This document shows, one piece after another, positions 11,695 through 25,149 of a stretch of DNA of 42,339 nt; positions within the stretch are counted from its first letter, which is position 1, and each line of letters starts with the position of its first letter. Location: NCBI GenBank assembly GCA_002269645.1, contig NIVC01001065.1, positions 1 to 42,339 on the forward strand, read 5' to 3'. The DNA comes from Macrostomum lignano (taxonomy: Eukaryota). A program made the translations under genes and the position numbers. The notes under the pieces are model-generated. The model had not been told where the DNA came from and ran no database searches. It worked only from the letters and a program-made list of their open reading frames with translations.

Positions 11695-13039
11695 AGCGTG
11701 CTGCAGAGATCTCCAAAATACAGTACAAAGTAAACTACTATAAGTAGTAACGTGAAAATGCTAAAAACTCGAAAGCTAAAAATTCCAAGTTGTCACAATC
11801 TATTTTTAAGACCACGAAACTAACGAATAATAATATTTTGCAACATTTAAATTTAGAATTCCGAATATGGTATTCGATTCTTGAAACCTATTGTATTCGC
11901 GAAAATTTTATTCAATTTTCAAAGGGTTAAATTTCCAAAACGCGAACCCGTCACCCACCCAAAATAACCTAATTCTCGCAAAATGTTACTATACAAGCCA
12001 AAATCAGCGTTAAATATCTCAGACTCGGAGCAGCCTCTAAAGATCTTGGACTTTGCAAGAGCAGCCAAAGAGGCTACATCTCTGAGGGAGAAGTAAACCA
12101 ATTGGTGATCTTTTGTTCGAGCCTTTGCTATTTGGATTCATTGAGAGCGATTTTACTGCAGGCCGTTACTGATCAGTTGATTTCATTGAATTTGAGGCCT
12201 CCCATTTTCCTATGGGATTGGATAGGATCTGCGGACCGATTCCGATACCCTTAGAGGTTTATTGATTGATTTTGGATTATCCTAGATTAACTGAAAGAAG
12301 CACAAGACTCCGATTCCGTTAGTTCTAGAAGAAGACGCCCTTTCTGGAGGACCTCGTATTGTTATAGAAGTTGACTTGTTATTAGGGCTAACTTGTTACG
12401 CTCTCACCTTCGGCCAATTTTAGAATTCAAGAAGACTTCCCCGGGAAGAACAGCTCTGCGAAGACAAGCTCTACAGACACGCGCGACAAAGAAGAGGGGC
12501 CCGCATCAGTAAGTGATCACTACATTTTGTTACCAGGCTTAGGGCCTGAAGTGGAAGTTCGAGCGTCAAGACACTAGACAATTCTCTCTCTCTCTCTCTT
12601 TCCCTCTCTATCTCTCTAGTGTGCTAAAGCGAACTTTTCAGTGCCTTTAGTTCTTGTACGTAATTCTATTTAGTAAATATATATTAATCGATATAGTTTT
12701 TTACGAACAATTCTGCTCAAAGACTTGTCTGTTGTTTGTTTAAAATCGTAAATTTGTTCAATATTCTTGAAGTTTGAGTTGACCATCCAACAAACAAAAA
12801 ATTTCGTAGTAAAATTGACTCCATAAAGTGCTTCCACTGGCTGATTTTCAGTTTTTGATTATGAAAGAAACTGCAGGGTTTGTAATGTAAAGCGAAGCGC
12901 AAACTAACTTAAGTTGTATTTTTTCACTAAAATTAAATAATTTTTTTATTTACTTAATGTAAACTGATACTTTGGTTCATTGATGCATTGGTTACTAACA
13001 TGTAAAAACGGCAAAAACACTTGAAAAATTCGCCTGAGA

Positions 13040-13500
13040 TTCCCTCAACCTTGATACAAATTCTCCCCTTGAGATCCGATCATTTAGAAATTGCTTCTCT
13101 TGAGATCCCCTCACCTAAGGCTTTGCTTCCCCGGATATTCCAAGCACCTGCGTTTTTGCTCCCCTTGAAATCCCAATATCACTGTCTTCATCTGAGATCC
13201 CCTCACCTGAGACATTTATCCCCTTGAGATCCCTACCGAAGACATTTATCCACTTGAGATCCCTACCGGAGACATTTATCCCCTTGAGATCCCTACCGGA
13301 GACATTTATCCCCTTGAGATCCCTACCGAAGACATTTATCCCCTTGAGATCCCTACCGAAGACATTTATCCGCTTGAGATCCCTACCGGAGACATTTATC
13401 CGCTTGAGATCCCTACCGGAGACATTTATCCCCTTGAGATCCCTACCGGAGACATTTATCCCCTTGAGATCCCTCACCTGCGTTTTTTCTCCCCATGAGA
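13040..13500. repeat. 30-bp minisatellite (GAGATCCCTACCGGAGACATTTATCCCCTT)n, about 9 clean copies plus degenerate flanking units
   Basis: Read directly; gives the (RSLPETFIPL)n pseudo-ORF. Confidence 0.96.
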
Positions 13501-14244
13501 TCCCCTTACCTCTACATCCGAACCAGCATCCACATCCGAACGCGCGGCCATGGACGCAGCTGAACCAAGCTCCGTATCCATTGGAGTCTGTGGATTTATG
13601 AGTTGGAGCGTGACAAATTGTTGTTGGTACTAAAAATTGATAATGGGCCAAACTTCACCTAATTCTAGAGATAAATTTAAATTGAACTACCAGGTACATA
13701 CCTTTATTTTTGCCTTGTAAGTTGAAATCAAAATTATTAGATCCAGCTCTTTTCAAACAGTTCTGCTTAATGACGTAACTATTTGTTTGTAACTTAATAA
13801 CGTAAATTTGGTTAAGCATTCTGGTAAGCTTGAGTTCACCATTCGGCGCCCCAAAGAATAAAGCCGTAGAAGCTTTTAGAGAGTTCGCGCGGGAAAGTAA
13901 AATGAGCAGACAGAATTGCTGCGGTAAGTCAAGCAAACGTGGCAGGCAGGAGTGCAGTATCCAGTCTACCTGAGTGAGAGCCAGAGATTGCTCATCGGTA
14001 CTGGTGTACCCGGGAACAACATTTTGGCTAATCTCCAACCAAAAAACTGATTTTGTAGTGGATTTGGTTCCTTCATAAAGCGTCTGATTTTTCAACTTTT
14101 TAATTTTGAAAGAAACTTCTGTTGTTTGCAAAGTAAAACAATCGCGCAAATTTGCTTTCAACAATTTTTCACTAAAGTTAAACTATTTTTTTGGCATTTA
14201 TTTAGTCAGTGTAAACTGGTAGAGTGGCTTGGCGAAAAAATGAG

Positions 14245-14725
14245 TCATTGCTTCCCTTGAGATCCCGTTACTTGAGTCAGTTGCTTATCCCAGTTTCTTA
14301 TAGAGATCGCCAGTTACTTGAGTCATTGTGCCAGTTTCTTTTAGAGGTCCCGTTTCTTTTGAGTTTCTTTGCTCCTCTTGAAATCCCGTTACTTGAGTCT
14401 TTGCTCCCCTTGAGATCCCGTTACTTGAGTCATTGCTCCTCTTGAGGTCCCGTTACTTGAGTCATTGCTCCTCTTGAGATCCCGTTACTTGAGTCTTTGC
14501 TCCCCTTGAGATCCCGTTACTTGAGTCATTGCTCCCCTTGAGGTCCCGTTACTTGAATCATTGCTCCCCTTGAGGTCCCGTTACTTGAGTCATTGCTTCC
14601 CTTGAGGTCCCGTTACTTGAATCATTGCTCGCCTTGAGGTCCCGTTACTTGAGTCTTTGCTCCCCTTGAGATCTCGTTACTTGAGTCCTTGCTCCCCTTG
14701 AGATCCCGTTACTTGAGTCTGCTCC
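14245..14725. repeat. 32-bp minisatellite (TTGAGATCCCGTTACTTGAGTCATTGCTCCCC)n, about 14 copies including degenerate ones
   Basis: Unit spacing of 32 bp (14410 to 14442); shares the core CCCTTGAGATCCC with the 30-bp array. Confidence 0.95.
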
Positions 14726-17600
14726 GATTGAAAATCCCCTGAGCTTGAAAATTCCCACCAGAGATTTCGCTCCATAATGTCCACTTACCTGAGTTGACTT
14801 GGCTTTATGAGATTTGTGCACCTGAGACTTTCCTCATTAGAAATACAAACAAGACCGCAGCAGCTGTCAATCACTCACCGCACAGTCGCTGTGCGGCCTC
14901 AGGCGCGACAGAAGCTCTTGTTGGCACCGAGACCGGACCGCTCAGTTGTGTCACCAGCTTATTGAAGGTACATGTAACTCACACAAATGAGTAACAGAAC
15001 TCTTTAGTATTTGAAAGATAACTGAAAAGAGTTCTAGCAAAAAAGCCAGAGTTCCCGCTCTCAGGGCCTGGGCCTGGTCCATTTTATAGATGTTACAAAA
15101 CTTCGGCCCCTACCGCAGGAGGAGGTTGGATTTCCTCGTGGTTAGCAACGGCCGGGTCAAAATAAACAAACACATACTTTAGTTTTACATTAAGTTAATA
15201 GGTTACTACGGTTCGAGAATACTACGTAGTAGATTATTTGATATCAGTCAGATAGCTTGGCTGAGTTTGAGTCTTGAGTCCATTTTCTGATCTTTCGCAC
15301 CGCACATTCTCTGGGTTGGTTGAGGCTTTATCTCGCCTGCCAGTTGAAGTATCTCGCCGTCTGGCTTTGCATGGCACTGTGCCGACTGGATCTACCTGGT
15401 ACCTGGGCTGACAGAAAAGTTAGCTATCTCGATTTGCTTGCTATCTGGAATGGTGGCTGCTATTAAACTCTTATCATGCTTAAGACCTCTACTCAATCAA
15501 TTTACGCGCCTTATCTTTCACTGTTACTTTTTTGCGCTTCTAGCCTAATCTCACCTCGCTTGGCGTTCCTTTATACTTTGGCTTTTTTTATGAGGCATAT
15601 TCTTGCGCTTTTCTGAACCCTATGTCATTGCAGCTTTGTTTTTGCGTAATCCGTAGCAACATGTACTTTTTTGATCAAATCAATCAATCCTATTAATCAC
15701 ACTAGTCACACTAGTCACACCAAGCAAAGCAATCAAACCAGTCACACCAATTGGTCCTCCAATAGAGCAACCAACTGCCTACGCATGAGACATTTTCAAC
15801 TTGAGATCCTTTTCCTAAGTAAGACTTTACAACAACAACAAACTACAGCAAGCCAAGTTGGGTTGCTGTCAAAAGGCGCGCGCAAGCGCATGACAGATTT
15901 GCGCAGAACAGCGAGTCCGCGGGGGTCGGAGATTTCAGCGTCTCTTAAAAGCAGATCGACGAAACGCAGACTTCTCGCCTGACCAAGCGGCCGCGGCCCT
16001 TGAAGGGATAGCAGCAGCACTGCTTGCAGCGGCTCAGGCCAGTACTGCTTTGCCCGGATGACGTGGCCGGCCAAGCTGTAGGGGCCGCATGCGCAGCAGC
16101 TGGCTGGGTCGGGCGAGCTGGGCCCGTCGGTATAGCTCTCCATATTTTTAAGATTATTATAGCCAGCCAGTTATAATAAAAAGGTGCATACATAAAGTAT
16201 TGCGTGCATCTGCAGTAATAACCGAATTTAAAACAAATCGGCCCATCTAAAGCAGACACAAAATTATAGGAAGACAAAGAAAGTTTTGGTGCATGTATGA
16301 GTCATGCACTCGTATTTTAACTAATATCGTCATAGAATATTGTATTTGGGTAAATTTTGACTTCACGCTTAAATTCTGACTTCACGTGGTCAAAGTTATG
16401 TAGCCCACTGGCTTCTACTTAAGCGAACTTTGCTATAGATCCATGATTATGTCTTTTAGCATGAGCATCTTGGTGATTTAGTGTAGGTAGCTGGTTTTAG
16501 TGCAAGTTGGAGCATCAATGGTGATTCTCAGAGCTCTGTTTTGGATAAGTTGAAGCTGCTTCTTGAACAGTTTGTCTGCTAGGTGAATCAAGATTAGAGC
16601 ACTATAATAATGTATCATTCAATGTACATTCTGTAAGTCAGCCTGAGACCCAGCTGAGATATGTTGGTCTTTTTGCTACTCTTTGTAGCGCAAAAAGCTT
16701 ATTTTGAGCTGCGTAAATAACTTTATTCAAGTGCTCATTGAAAGTAAGCTGCTTGTCAAGAAAGATGCAAACAAAGGAGACTGAGTCGTACTGGGGTGTG
16801 CTAACACTACCAAGGTTGAGCTGGGACTTCTGTGTCACAGCGAATTAGAGAAGGACACTGTCTTGCTTTTCTTGGGGATTACTAATGATTTCAACATCAT
16901 CAGGCCATTTTCAGAGCTATGAAATTATTGTTGATATAGTAGACTTTTTCGCACTTGCTCTGACTGCCAGGTCACTTGCGTATTGACTGATTTTTACCTT
17001 CCTTTCAGTTATAAGAGCTATCGTGCTGACATAGATCCAGAAAGAGGAGCGGCGACAGCACCTTACCATGAGAAACACCCACTGTGGGAGTGAAGCTACA
17101 GTATAAATAAGCACTTACCCTCCCCCTTAACTTTTACCTGGACTTCTTTTTCGTCAAGATAGCTCGAAATGCTTCTGATCAAGTTCTGAGTTACCAGTTA
17201 CCTTGCTGTCCAAGAGGTTGTATCTACGGTAATCGTGCCGTTTCAAAGGCTCTTTAAAATCAAAAAGCAACAAAATCGTGAAATAACGGATGTGGAGTAC
17301 TTTGAGAATATCTTCTGTGATTCTAAAACTGCTGTCAAAGGTACATTGGTCTGGATTTATGATACCCAGGTTTTCCAAGAGGGTTTGGGGATTATTCGCT
17401 AAAATCTCGTTCGACTTCCCTAAGCATGAAGTCACACAGATGGTCTGTAGCTCTCAACCCGAGGTTTGAGCCTTTGAGGTCTTAGAATCATCTTATATAT
17501 GTATTTTACATTGTTTATTAAAGCATCCTATAGAGAAGCTGGTGTTAAACAGTTTTATAATTACTCTGATGGAGTTGAGGCTCTGGTCTGTTTTTTTCAG

Positions 17601-18591
17601 ACTTGTCTTAATGTTCCTGCTAGCTGTAGAGTGTCTGCAGAGGCTGATATTCGGTGCGTTTAAGAGTCGCTTCTGTGGTGTCTCAATAGACTAACACAGG
17701 AAAAACAACCGAATACTTAGGCAGTTAAGACTTTTGCCGGAAAAAGACGAGAGCTCCACTTAGGACAGCCCGCGCTTACATTTGACATTCAACAATAAAT
17801 TATTACACGATCGATAAATTAAAAACCCCAAAAAGTCACGTGATTCAAAATATATTTCAAAACACATTACTCGAATAATTTAAGCACTACTCTACGAGTA
17901 GTAGAGTAGTAAGGAAAAATACCCCTTTTTAAATAGTTAGAAAAACGGCCCTTTTACGGGCTCCCTGCCACAACACAACTGCAGCTTCCTAAGCGCGGCA
18001 GCAGGCCACGATTTGGTCTCGGATCAGTGACTGCCGCAGGTCTCCAAACTGGCACGCTTCTGATGCGCTCCACAGCCAGCTGTACCCTGAGTCGATCTGT
18101 TCGTCATCCTACTGAATATAATGCTGGTATTGGTATGGACTGATGAATACGACATTGTTGCGGCCTTAAAATTGTTTGCTCACAAGGTCTCAATAAGTGC
18201 TGCAGTGTTTGCACTTTGGTCTCGTGCAATCGTTTGGTCTATTTCATGTAGGTTTTCAGCCCATTCTTATCAGCGTTTACCGATAGTGTGTGCGTCTTCT
18301 CTGAATGCTCCTGTCCTAGGGTGGCAGTCGTAACGCCATGGCTCGCTCTTACGACGCAAATGTAATGACTATATGGAAAAAGGCCAGAGTGCTGGGACAA
18401 AAGTTGCGCCCTGCTATAATGTGGGTTGATCGATGTTCATTTACTTGCAAAATTTGAATAACATGATAAACGCGCCACCAGATTGGGGCCGGCGAAAGAA
18501 TTGCCGCACTTTAAGTTGAATGTACGCACTGTACGCAATGTGGATTTACATATACATTCGGGATCGCTTGAGCACTATGAATACAAGGCCC
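17601..18591 (-). mobile_element. ~1-kb insertion in the LINE RT carrying a Gypsy (Mag-like) gag remnant
   Basis: Flanked by a TTTTCAG direct repeat (17594-17600 and 18592-18598). Inside, 18180-18001 reads F*GRNNVVF...Q*DDEQID...LWSASEACQFGDLRQSLIRDQIVAC, and a candidate PBS TGGTGGCGCG lies at 18480-18471. Confidence 0.65.
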
Positions 18592-21300
18592 TTTTCAGCA
18601 ACACGTTTAGGATGCTATCAGGGCCAGAGGCACCCACTGATCTCAAATTAGCATGGTAACATTCAGATTGATGACAGATATCAAGGACGTCTGCTTATTG
18701 GCTTCCTCTCCAAAATCCTCTGCATAATTCTTAACTTTTTGATACGACAGGGCTGGAAGAATTCCTGCATTTGGCTAAAAGACTGTTTTAGCTTCGCTGA
18801 CTTTCTAAAGTGATTTGTTATTGTGTTTAAGCTGGATTTGAGCATCAAAGAATTTTTCCAACAGCTTGGCTTATTCAAATTCTGTGTCACCCTGCCTTTC
18901 CTGGCTTCCCCAATTATCTTTAACATTCTTCCATAAACTCCGAGATTCATAGAATTCTGGCAAATTTCTTGCAGAGATCTTCGTATTTCTTGTACCTGTC
19001 TTTATGAATCATTGTTTCAGGTTTCTTCTGTGCTTGATCAGCCTGATCTCATCTGGGGGTTGTTCCCTGGGATCTCTGTGTGGGGCCACCTCCTAGACAG
19101 TTTCATGTATCTGCCATGGTTAGGCGCTTAACGGCTTGATCAGTGTCTTCTGAGGTGTATATGCTCGAGTTCAACAATCGGATGCTGTCGAGAGGGTCTT
19201 GCAGGGTGAACCTAAGCTTTTCCCAGTCAGTTCTTGGGGAAGAGTCTTTAGCATTTTTGCGGCTCGGGTCAACCGAAACTTGCATAAGGATGGGGAATAT
19301 CTCACTTCTGTGTTGCACCATACTACTACTACTGATACAAATAGCAAGATTAATTACTTTCTCTAGGGTTTTACCCGTTCTGTTATAAAGTCTAGTTTAA
19401 TTAGAATACCTGTGGAGTATATTTCGAGGGGAATTTAGACTCTCAGTTGTTTCAATGAGCTGTTTGCCGGAATGATTAGATGCACTATCTCCATCTAGAA
19501 CACCATGCGTGCAGTTAAGATCACCAAACACAAGGGAGTGGAAGTTGTTAAAGGGTCTGCTCTGCTCAAGGAGATCCATGTTGAGCTGGTCCGGCGAGCA
19601 CTTGAACTTGTCTGATTGACTGTAACTCTATTGAGCTCATGAGTTTGACCGTCAAAGTGTATTTTAACATCCGCGTGATGTCCATAAGATTTTATTTTTG
19701 TAAACGATGGCCAAACCCAAGGCAATAGTCAGGGATGTAAATCTAATGATGAATAAAAAAACTTTGAATAAACAAGATATTCTCTGCAGTACAGCAAGGT
19801 TTTAAATAGCAAACCCATGTCTACCGGCAAGTCTTTGTCTTGAGCCCATTTTATGATTTGGTGGATTTTGTTTGTAGGTTTGTTGCAGTTTAGGACTCCA
19901 ATTTTCAAATCCTTATGGGTGAAATTGCCCATCGTGTCTGAACAATCTGTGCAGTCGGCTCTATTTTTAGAGCTAGAATTAGAGTTTAATTTAAATACCA
20001 GTATGGAGTGACAATGCGGCTTTAGTTCTTCAGCTGTCCAGGAGGCAAACAGGCACCTCTAGCTCCATGAGTGAGCTCAGGACCTCAGTCACTACCCGGA
20101 CTGCAAGTTCCTCCGCAGCCTGGGCACCGAACAGTCGTCCTGAACCATCCCAATAATGCGACTCAGTGTACGCACAGCTACTCTGAAGACATCAGCGTGG
20201 TGAACTGGGGCTTTCCATTATTGTGACTAGAGTTAGGCAGATCAGACCTTTACTGGATCCTGGGATCAGCCCAGTGTGCCTGGGTGCCGTAGGTAACGGC
20301 TTGTCCAAGTGGGTCAAGCCTGGGGTCATGTTGGTGAGTGTCAGAGAGCCGTGGGGACCGCCATGGGTCCGTCGCAGAACCAGCCGTCGCCTGGCACACA
20401 CACACATCATTAAGACCACCGCTCGCAGGGAATGCAGAGGCCCCTCGACCAGACTGCTTCAGGAATATCCGTTAAGTCGTTTCATCGAGCAGCGCCCGCC
20501 TGCTATGTCGCCGCTTGAGTCGCCGCTGCAGCGTAAAACAACTGCTGCTGCTTTGCTGAAAAAATTGTCTATTTCTTGTCCAAAGCAGTTCCAGTGTCTT
20601 CCCTGTCTGCATCGTATCTTTGCTGTTGCGCCAGATGTTTTCTAACCAAACCAGCAATTCGTGTATGTTCTCGGTCATCAGCTTGATGATACGTCCTTCT
20701 GACAGCATGACATTTTTGAGAGTAAGACGTGCGCTCTACCACCACAGTTGGCACATTTTAGTTGCGTATCTTTTGAGCAGTCAGCTGAGGCATGTTCTCT
20801 AGCACATTTGCTACAGACGTACTTGTTTTTGCAGCGGTAATGAAGATGTCCGAAGCCTTGAAATCAGCTTCGTGTAGCTTCTTTAACTGGGTATAAAAGT
20901 TTATATCTGTACCAGATATGGCCGAGTTTTATTCTCATCTCGGCATCTCTCAATTGCTGATTGATTTCGAGTTAAGACCCTAGTAGACGGTGCTGGGCCT
21001 CCTGCTTGGAGATGATCCTCGTTGCTCAGTCGATATGTAGCAGATCTTCAGAGTCTTGTAGGCAATGCGGAATCTCTTTCGCTTCAACTGCTAGAGGCAT
21101 ATTTTCAACAGTAGGCGTATAGATTATTTCAGAATTTTTTTCAACGTAACTGCCCTGTCGTAAGCGTGTTCATGTCTTTTTCGTTTTGAGTAGATACACA
21201 TAAAAGCCTGTGATAGAGATCTTTGATGGACTGTACACTTAGGCCGGGAAAATTTCTATTTAGATACCACTCGAATCCGATTGGATCTTTTGTCTCAGGT

Positions 21301-21860
<560 letters not shown>

Positions 21861-23276
21861 GTTGGAGTGGTTTCTGTAGTGTTTGTTAATGTCTTGTTGA
21901 TCTCTTTGCCGCTAGTGGGTGGTTCAGCTCTTCTTTCACAGTGTAAATATGATCTTCTTTGTTTCGACTGCTTCTGTTGTTATTCCTGTTTTTTCTCTAT
22001 TGTCTGACTGTTTGCTGCTTTGCAGCCTTTGATTTGGTTTAATTTTGCTCTTTCAATCTCAGCACGTCTCTGGATTGAAGTCCTATTTATCTAGATTGCA
22101 GCGGCTGCTCTTGTTCTGATGAGTTCTCATGATGATCTGGCGAGTGATTGTGATGTGACGACTGCTGTTCTTAATTCTGCTGAGTTGCTGCTTCTGTTTG
22201 GTTCTATTTCCAGGTCTTGTTTGTCCGATGTTACACGAAAGACAAGATTCACTCTTGGTTCTTTGACTCGGTGTCTCTTGGCATGGAGTGTTTCGTGTCG
22301 TGAGTCTGCGAGTGTCATGGGATGATGCCTATTTTACCGTTTTTTGAAAAGTTCACTAGGCACGAGTTAAATAGTGGGAGTCCAAATCAGGTGAGCAGAT
22401 TAATTAAGGACTCATGCCAGTCTTAGTTTGCTTCTAGTTTTGCGCAGCTGTACGAATACACTGTTCTGTACTACATTTCACGTCTCTCTTCTGCATGACC
22501 ATTGAATGTGTGATAAAATGTGCTTGACATGATGTCTCTTTTTATTGTAAGGATGTGTTTTACTTCGTTCAGAGCGTTTTAAATAGTATTTTATGTCGCA
22601 GTCTTTAAGCAATTTCATCGTTTTCATTTTGATTGCCGGTTCAGGTACTTTTTGGCATACAAGAATTTCATAAAAACTTCGGAATGATATAGGGTTTAGA
22701 AATCAATAAGAATGGGCCACAAGACTGCAAAGTAAAATACTTCAAAGCGAGGTGAGGTTAGGTTTGTTGTGCAATAAGGAAAAGTGAAAGGTAAGGCGCC
22801 TAAATGGACGATTAGAGGTCAGTAGCTGGGACATAAACTTGATGAGTTTAACAGCTGAGGTGCTATGCAGGCATGCAGGTGTCATCAATCCTCCTATTAA
22901 TTTAGAAGGCTACAGCTAAAACTCTCAAAAAAACACCAAAGCTACTACTTTCAACCGGGACTTTTCTTTATGCAACAATTGCTATAAATAGTTTAGCTCC
23001 TAATTCGACAAAAGGCAAAAAATAATTAAATTGAAAATATGGGCAGGTGTTCCCCTGGACTAAGCCCTAAAAGAGAAGGCATAAATTTATCTAGAGTAGC
23101 AAAAAAGCGATTTTGGTAATTTTTGGAAATTTCATACAATTAAAATTAGCGTATAGCCCTATACTCACGTGATAAAAAATTTCTACTGACGTCACACTAC
23201 GATTTTATTGCCGAAGCGACTCGTCTGCGCAGTTCAATCACGATGGAGACTGGCACTCTATAGAGGCTGTTTAGAG

Positions 23277-23678
23277 AGCTTCATCCCGCATGCTGTACCT
23301 GTGCTTCATCCCGCATGCTGTACCTGTGCTTCATCCTGCATGCTATACCTGTGCTTCATCCCGCATGTTGTACCTGTGCTTCATCCCGCATGCTATACCT
23401 GTGCTTCATCCTGCATGCTGTACCTGTGCTTCATCCCGCATGTTGTACCTGTGCTTCATCCCGCATGCTATACCTGTGCTTCATCCTGCATGCTGTACCT
23501 GTGCTTCATCCTGCATGCTGTACCTGTGCTTCATCCCGCATGTTGTACCTGTGCTTCATCCCGCATGCTATACCTGTGCTTCATCCTGCATGCTGTACCT
23601 GTGCTTCATCCTGCATACTGTACCTGTGCTTCATCCCGCATGCTATACCTGTGCTTCATCCCGCATGCTGTACCTGTG
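23277..23678. repeat. 25-bp minisatellite (TCATCCCGCATGCTGTACCTGTGCT)n, 16 copies
   Basis: Read directly; a three-unit variant pattern (TTG, CTA, CTG) recurs three times. Confidence 0.97.
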
Positions 23679-24060
23679 CAGTACCCGACGCCAGAGATGC
23701 TGGATGTCGACGAGCCGTCTATCTAGTTCGACATTGCCGAAGTGACTGTGCTGCCTCCACCCTGCAGTGCTTCGTACATTTGCACTTGACCTATAAATGC
23801 AGCTGAACTACAATGGAATTGATTAGTGAAGCATAACAACCCCCTTTATTACCTACCGTCGACCTCAAAGTTGGCTACTTGCAAACTATGAGGATGAACT
23901 AATCTGCTAGTTGTGTAAGTTCTTGATTTTTTCCCTGCTTCCCCCTCGGAAGCTGAAACAGGGAGCTGTGAATGAAAATCTGGGAGTCGCGGCTTCCCAA
24001 CAGGTTAAGCTGCAGGAGAGGCGCTCCTGTGGATGGGTGCACAACATCTGGTGAAGCCGT

Positions 24061-24734
24061 GACCCGAAGCAGGAGTCGGAGCTAGATGGAGAAGCGCTAG
24101 AGGACGACGCTGACGCTCTCAATGAGCTCATGCGTAAAGCATATCCGGCTCTGCCAGTGGAGCAGAGAGATGAATGACTAAAAGGCTTCGAGTACTGGAC
24201 AGGGTGCTTGAGGATTGTCTTGCTGCAGGACCCTTAAGCGCTGCAGGCCGCAATCCAGCGAGTGCGCCAGACTCTCGCATCGATGAAGCTGCTGGAGAGT
24301 AAGAGGTCAGTCCACGTGTTGAACAGTCAGACAGCTCGCACAGCTGCCGAGATCGCCGGCTTGAATGCAGAAATCACCAGCTTGAAGGCAGAGATCACCA
24401 GCTTGAAGGCAGAGATCACCAGCTTGAAGGCAGAGATCGCCAGCTTGAATGCAGAAATCGCCCAGCTTGAATGCAGAAATCGCCCAGCTTGAATGCAGAG
24501 ATCGCCAGCTTGAATGCAGAGATTGCCAGCTTGAATGCAGAGATTGCCAGCTTGAAGGCAGAGATCACCAGCTTGAAGGCAGAGATTGCCAGCTTGAAGG
24601 CAGAGATCGCCAGCTTGAAGGCAGAGATCGCCATCTTGAAGGCAGAGATTGCCAGCTTGAAGGCAGAGATCGCCAGCTTGAATGCAGAGATCGCCCAGCT
24701 GAAGCAAGGAGGGAAATTAACTGGTTTATATTGA
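24061..24734 (+). pseudogene. Decayed Ty3/Gypsy gag remnant
   Basis: One frame from 24061 reads DPKQESELDGEALEDDADALNELMRKAYPALPVEQRDE*LKGF...LLQDP*ALQAAIQRVRQ. This resembles the Q..GE..EDY..L..L..KAYP...F..G...P..L.EA gag pattern, with in-frame stops. Confidence 0.65.
24340..24705 (+). repeat. 21-bp minisatellite (CAGCTTGAAGGCAGAGATCGC)n encoding the heptad SLKAEIA
   Basis: About 17 units; two 22-bp units with an extra C (near 24461 and 24483) shift the frame. Confidence 0.96.
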
Positions 24735-25149
24735 CGCGAAGTTCGAGTCCGTGCCTTGGTTGCTTATTTGCTGAACAGCGGGTGCACATTGTCATTAGTA
24801 TAAGTGGTCGTTTCCTAGAACCTACACAAAATTAGGAATCGAATTCAGCATCGTGGTATACGGATTTTAAATTTGTACAGCGAGTAGCGCGCCAATTTAA
24901 ACTTTGTGTCTAATTGATGGAAAGTTTTCTATTGGGTAGATCAAATTCAAGAACGAATTTTTAGTAGTCGAGGAAATTTCATAGCAATGCATTTTAGGAA
25001 CCGACTTTTTACATTAGAAATTGCATGATAATTGATTTTGCCAGACACTGCCTCTAGACAGAATTGCTTGTGTGCTGACAGACCTCTTGTGTACCGCATC
25101 GAGCTGTGCCAGGCTGTCCGGATGGATGTCCAGAGAAGCTGGGGTCCCA

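Noticed and set aside
12100-12720. Possible LTR and PBS (CAATTGGTGATC near 12100; TGTTACC... near 12528 with a (CT)n tract)
   Set aside because: No second LTR copy, TG...CA pair with TSD, or gag/pol remnant could be tied to it.
15671-16143. GC-rich segment with GLLSKGARKRMTDLRR and DQAAAALEGIAAALLAAA peptides as another LINE ORF1 start
   Set aside because: Only a weak resemblance to the SGAARRR motif of the intact ORF1, and no downstream domain supports it.
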